A DNA stretch of 64,000 nt, taken from positions 13,764,001-13,828,000 of the forward strand of contig OZ365111.1 in the NCBI GenBank assembly GCA_977030845.1, in the 5' to 3' direction. The notes beneath the pieces were generated by a model. That model was not told the origin of the DNA, made no database searches, and worked only from the letters and a program-made list of their open reading frames with translations. Shown here piece by piece: positions 61,878 through 64,000 of the stretch. How positions within the stretch are numbered: position 1 is the stretch's first letter; each line of letters opens with the position of its first letter. Origin of the DNA: Fimbriosthenelais zetlandica (lineage: Eukaryota). Both the position numbers and the translations under genes were made by a program.

Positions 61878-63553
61878 GTTACACTAGCCAAACCCAAAAT
61901 GTAATTTAAAGCTAAAACATACAATGATGTCGTTTTAGAATACAGTTATTAACTTGAAAAAATATCAACACAAATCTGTTGTGTAGCGTGAAACCGATAA
62001 CCAGAAAGACGATAAGTAAACGAGCTGAAACGGAGCTAGGCGGAATCCGTATTTTGTCTCAATCAATGTTTACAATCACTATTATCGCCCAGCAGCTGTG
62101 GAACCACAGCAGAAGTATTTTTCCATGAATATCTTGGTTGCATGAAGGTAATTAAGCGATATATCCCTACACAGTTTGTATTTATAACTGCCAGGCACCG
62201 TGAATGTTGATTTTAGGTAGATTTGTTTCGTGGAAACTTGGGAAGGTTACTTTCTGGTGTTGCACAACGGCAAATGCAAATGCCGATCCCAATGGCAATG
62301 GTCATTATGGTGGCAATGGTAATGCAGTGCCAATGGGCTAATGGCAATGCCAATATTAGTGTATTGCCAGTTCCAATGTATTTGCCACGTGTGGGCCAAG
62401 GCCCTAGCCTAGGCATTGACCTTTACCGACTTTAGGTCTAGATTCTATGGCTTTTAAATTGTACCCGGTAATATCGGTAGGCTTATCAATTTCTAACATC
62501 TGAAAATATGAGGTGTTTAATTATTATTGCAATTTACAATAGGGCTATATATTAAGACCATACTCATAGAACTATATCTCCTATTGTTCTATGAGGAGAT
62601 GGTGAAATGCTGGCTGTAGATTTAAAAAAATATCAGATCTGAAATTAATTTTATTCGAGGGGCAGGCTTCAAAATTGATTTGTAGACTACAGTCTACTGG
62701 TAGCGGGTACTTTGTTCAGCATTCAGCATTGTGAAACTAGGCAATCGTAGTTCACGAATTTGAATTTTATCAATTGTGTAAAAACATAAAAAAATGTTTA
62801 TTATCTTTGGAACACTGGCATATTCTTATTATAGCTAGCCTATCTATAGGCAGGGGCTATGATGGGCCCTTTCTATATCTAGTACTAGGTACCGGTATAT
62901 CCCATTAATAATATTACCAGGTACCGATAAAGGTCAAACACTGGCATGTAGGTGTTTTGAAACCTGGCAGGTACCGGTACTTTAGGCCTATAGCCTGACT
63001 CTGCCCTATAAATTTATATTGAGATAAAAAGACTCCGATTGATTGATCTCGTTTAGTTAAACTTGTACCTGGAACCAGAGCTAGCATAGTGTGTGAGCTT
63101 AAATATCACGGGGAGATTTCATTTATCGCAAGCTGTATAGTACCAGAGTAGCCTATAGTCTTTTGTCGCCAATTTCTTCAGAGAGGTTTGTAATTTCTAT
63201 GGTATCCAATCACTACAAGCTATACAAGGACATGAGTTACCGTAATTTTGTATCTGAAAAAAGGGCCAGTAGCAGCAGAGAGACTACAATCGAGCAGTTA
63301 CACCTTAGACCTATTATAGACTAAAACTAACGGGATATTTTTCTCACTACATTTCACCACCTCGCCATAATATTATATCAAATCTGTAAAGTTTTGTAAT
63401 ATCAAACCATTTCACATAGAATTAGCTTCTATAATATGCAAGATTGTAAACATGCAAGTTGCCTCCTCAGTTGGCTTTGAGTACCATATTCAAAACTTTA
63501 AAAAATATTAATAATAATGATTATTTTATGTTATTTTTATTTACAGAAAAATC

Positions 63554-63739
63554 ATGGCTAGCCCGAGACCTAAGTTTATCATAGATGTGGACACAGGAGT
63601 GGACGATGCGCAGGCCATTATGATGGCCCTCAGTCAGGACGTGGACGTCGTGGCCATTACTTGTGTGGCTGGTAATACTAACGTGGATCAAGTGGTAATC
63701 AACACGTTACGTGTACTGGACACGTGTGGCCGTCTTGAT
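63554..63739 (+). CDS. Inosine-uridine preferring nucleoside hydrolase family protein, first coding exon
   Basis: MASPRPKFIIDVDTGVDDAQAIMMAL...VAITCVAGNT: DxDxxxDD motif and GN of the IUNH family. Acceptor TTACAG ends at 63546; phase-0 donor GAT|GTAAGA at 63739/63740. Confidence 0.92.
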
Positions 63740-63830
63740 GTAAGATTATCATACGATATGAGTTGAAATTGATAAGAAAGTTCACAACTGATTAGGTTAT
63801 ATTATTTATGGTCAATATATTGTATTATAT

Positions 63831-64000
63831 CATTCATTGATTGAATGGGGTTTAACGTCACTTTTGAACAATTTTTCAGTTATATCATGACGGTGCCTAC
63901 TTGTGACAGTGAGCCCAATGCTCTTTTATAGTGCTGCCTCACTGAGGTATCATGTCGCAGGCACATGACATGATATCTCACCCAGTCACATTATACTGAC
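63831..64000 (-). mobile_element. Probable SINE 3' end (antisense) in the nucleoside hydrolase intron, running off the window
   Basis: Begins with a (CATT/GATT)n tail followed by GGGGTTTAACGTCACTTTTGAACAATTTTTCAGTTATATC, resembling as I recall SINE 3' ends seen in marine invertebrates; not verified. Confidence 0.45.

Noticed and set aside
62223-62435. ORF resembling a signal-peptide protein (MPIPMAMVIMVAMVM...)
   Set aside because: It arises from a degenerate (GGCAAT)n hexamer repeat, with no splice or homology support.

Overview
Metazoan (invertebrate-like, roughly 38% GC by eye) nuclear DNA with GT-AG introns. Four host genes are supported. (1) The first coding exon of a ZNRF3/RNF43-family Wnt-feedback E3 ligase (minus strand, 16325-16519); its >16 kb first intron fills the left end of the window and is rich in TCF/LEF motifs. 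(2) Notchless/NLE1 (minus, 11 coding exons, 51376-54748). (3) Mitochondrial ribosomal protein uL18m/MRPL18 (plus, 6 exons, 55201-60809), head-to-head with NLE1 across a ~450 bp bidirectional promoter. (4) The first coding exon of an IU-type nucleoside hydrolase (plus, 63554-63739). MRPL18 intron 4 holds a young Ngaro/DIRS-group tyrosine-recombinase retroelement: gag and RT/RNaseH are intact, the recombinase is cut off, and the element sits between a perfect 73-bp duplication of host intron sequence. Its gag and pol are in one frame, separated by a single TAG. The 17-51 kb interval has no recognisable host gene and contains decayed DIRS1-like, LINE-like and DNA-transposon relics, several clear non-autonomous TIR elements and minisatellites. 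Across the window the palindrome TAGGCCTA occurs at least 23 times versus about 1 expected. All calls are by eye, with no database searches; calls on decayed relics are tentative.
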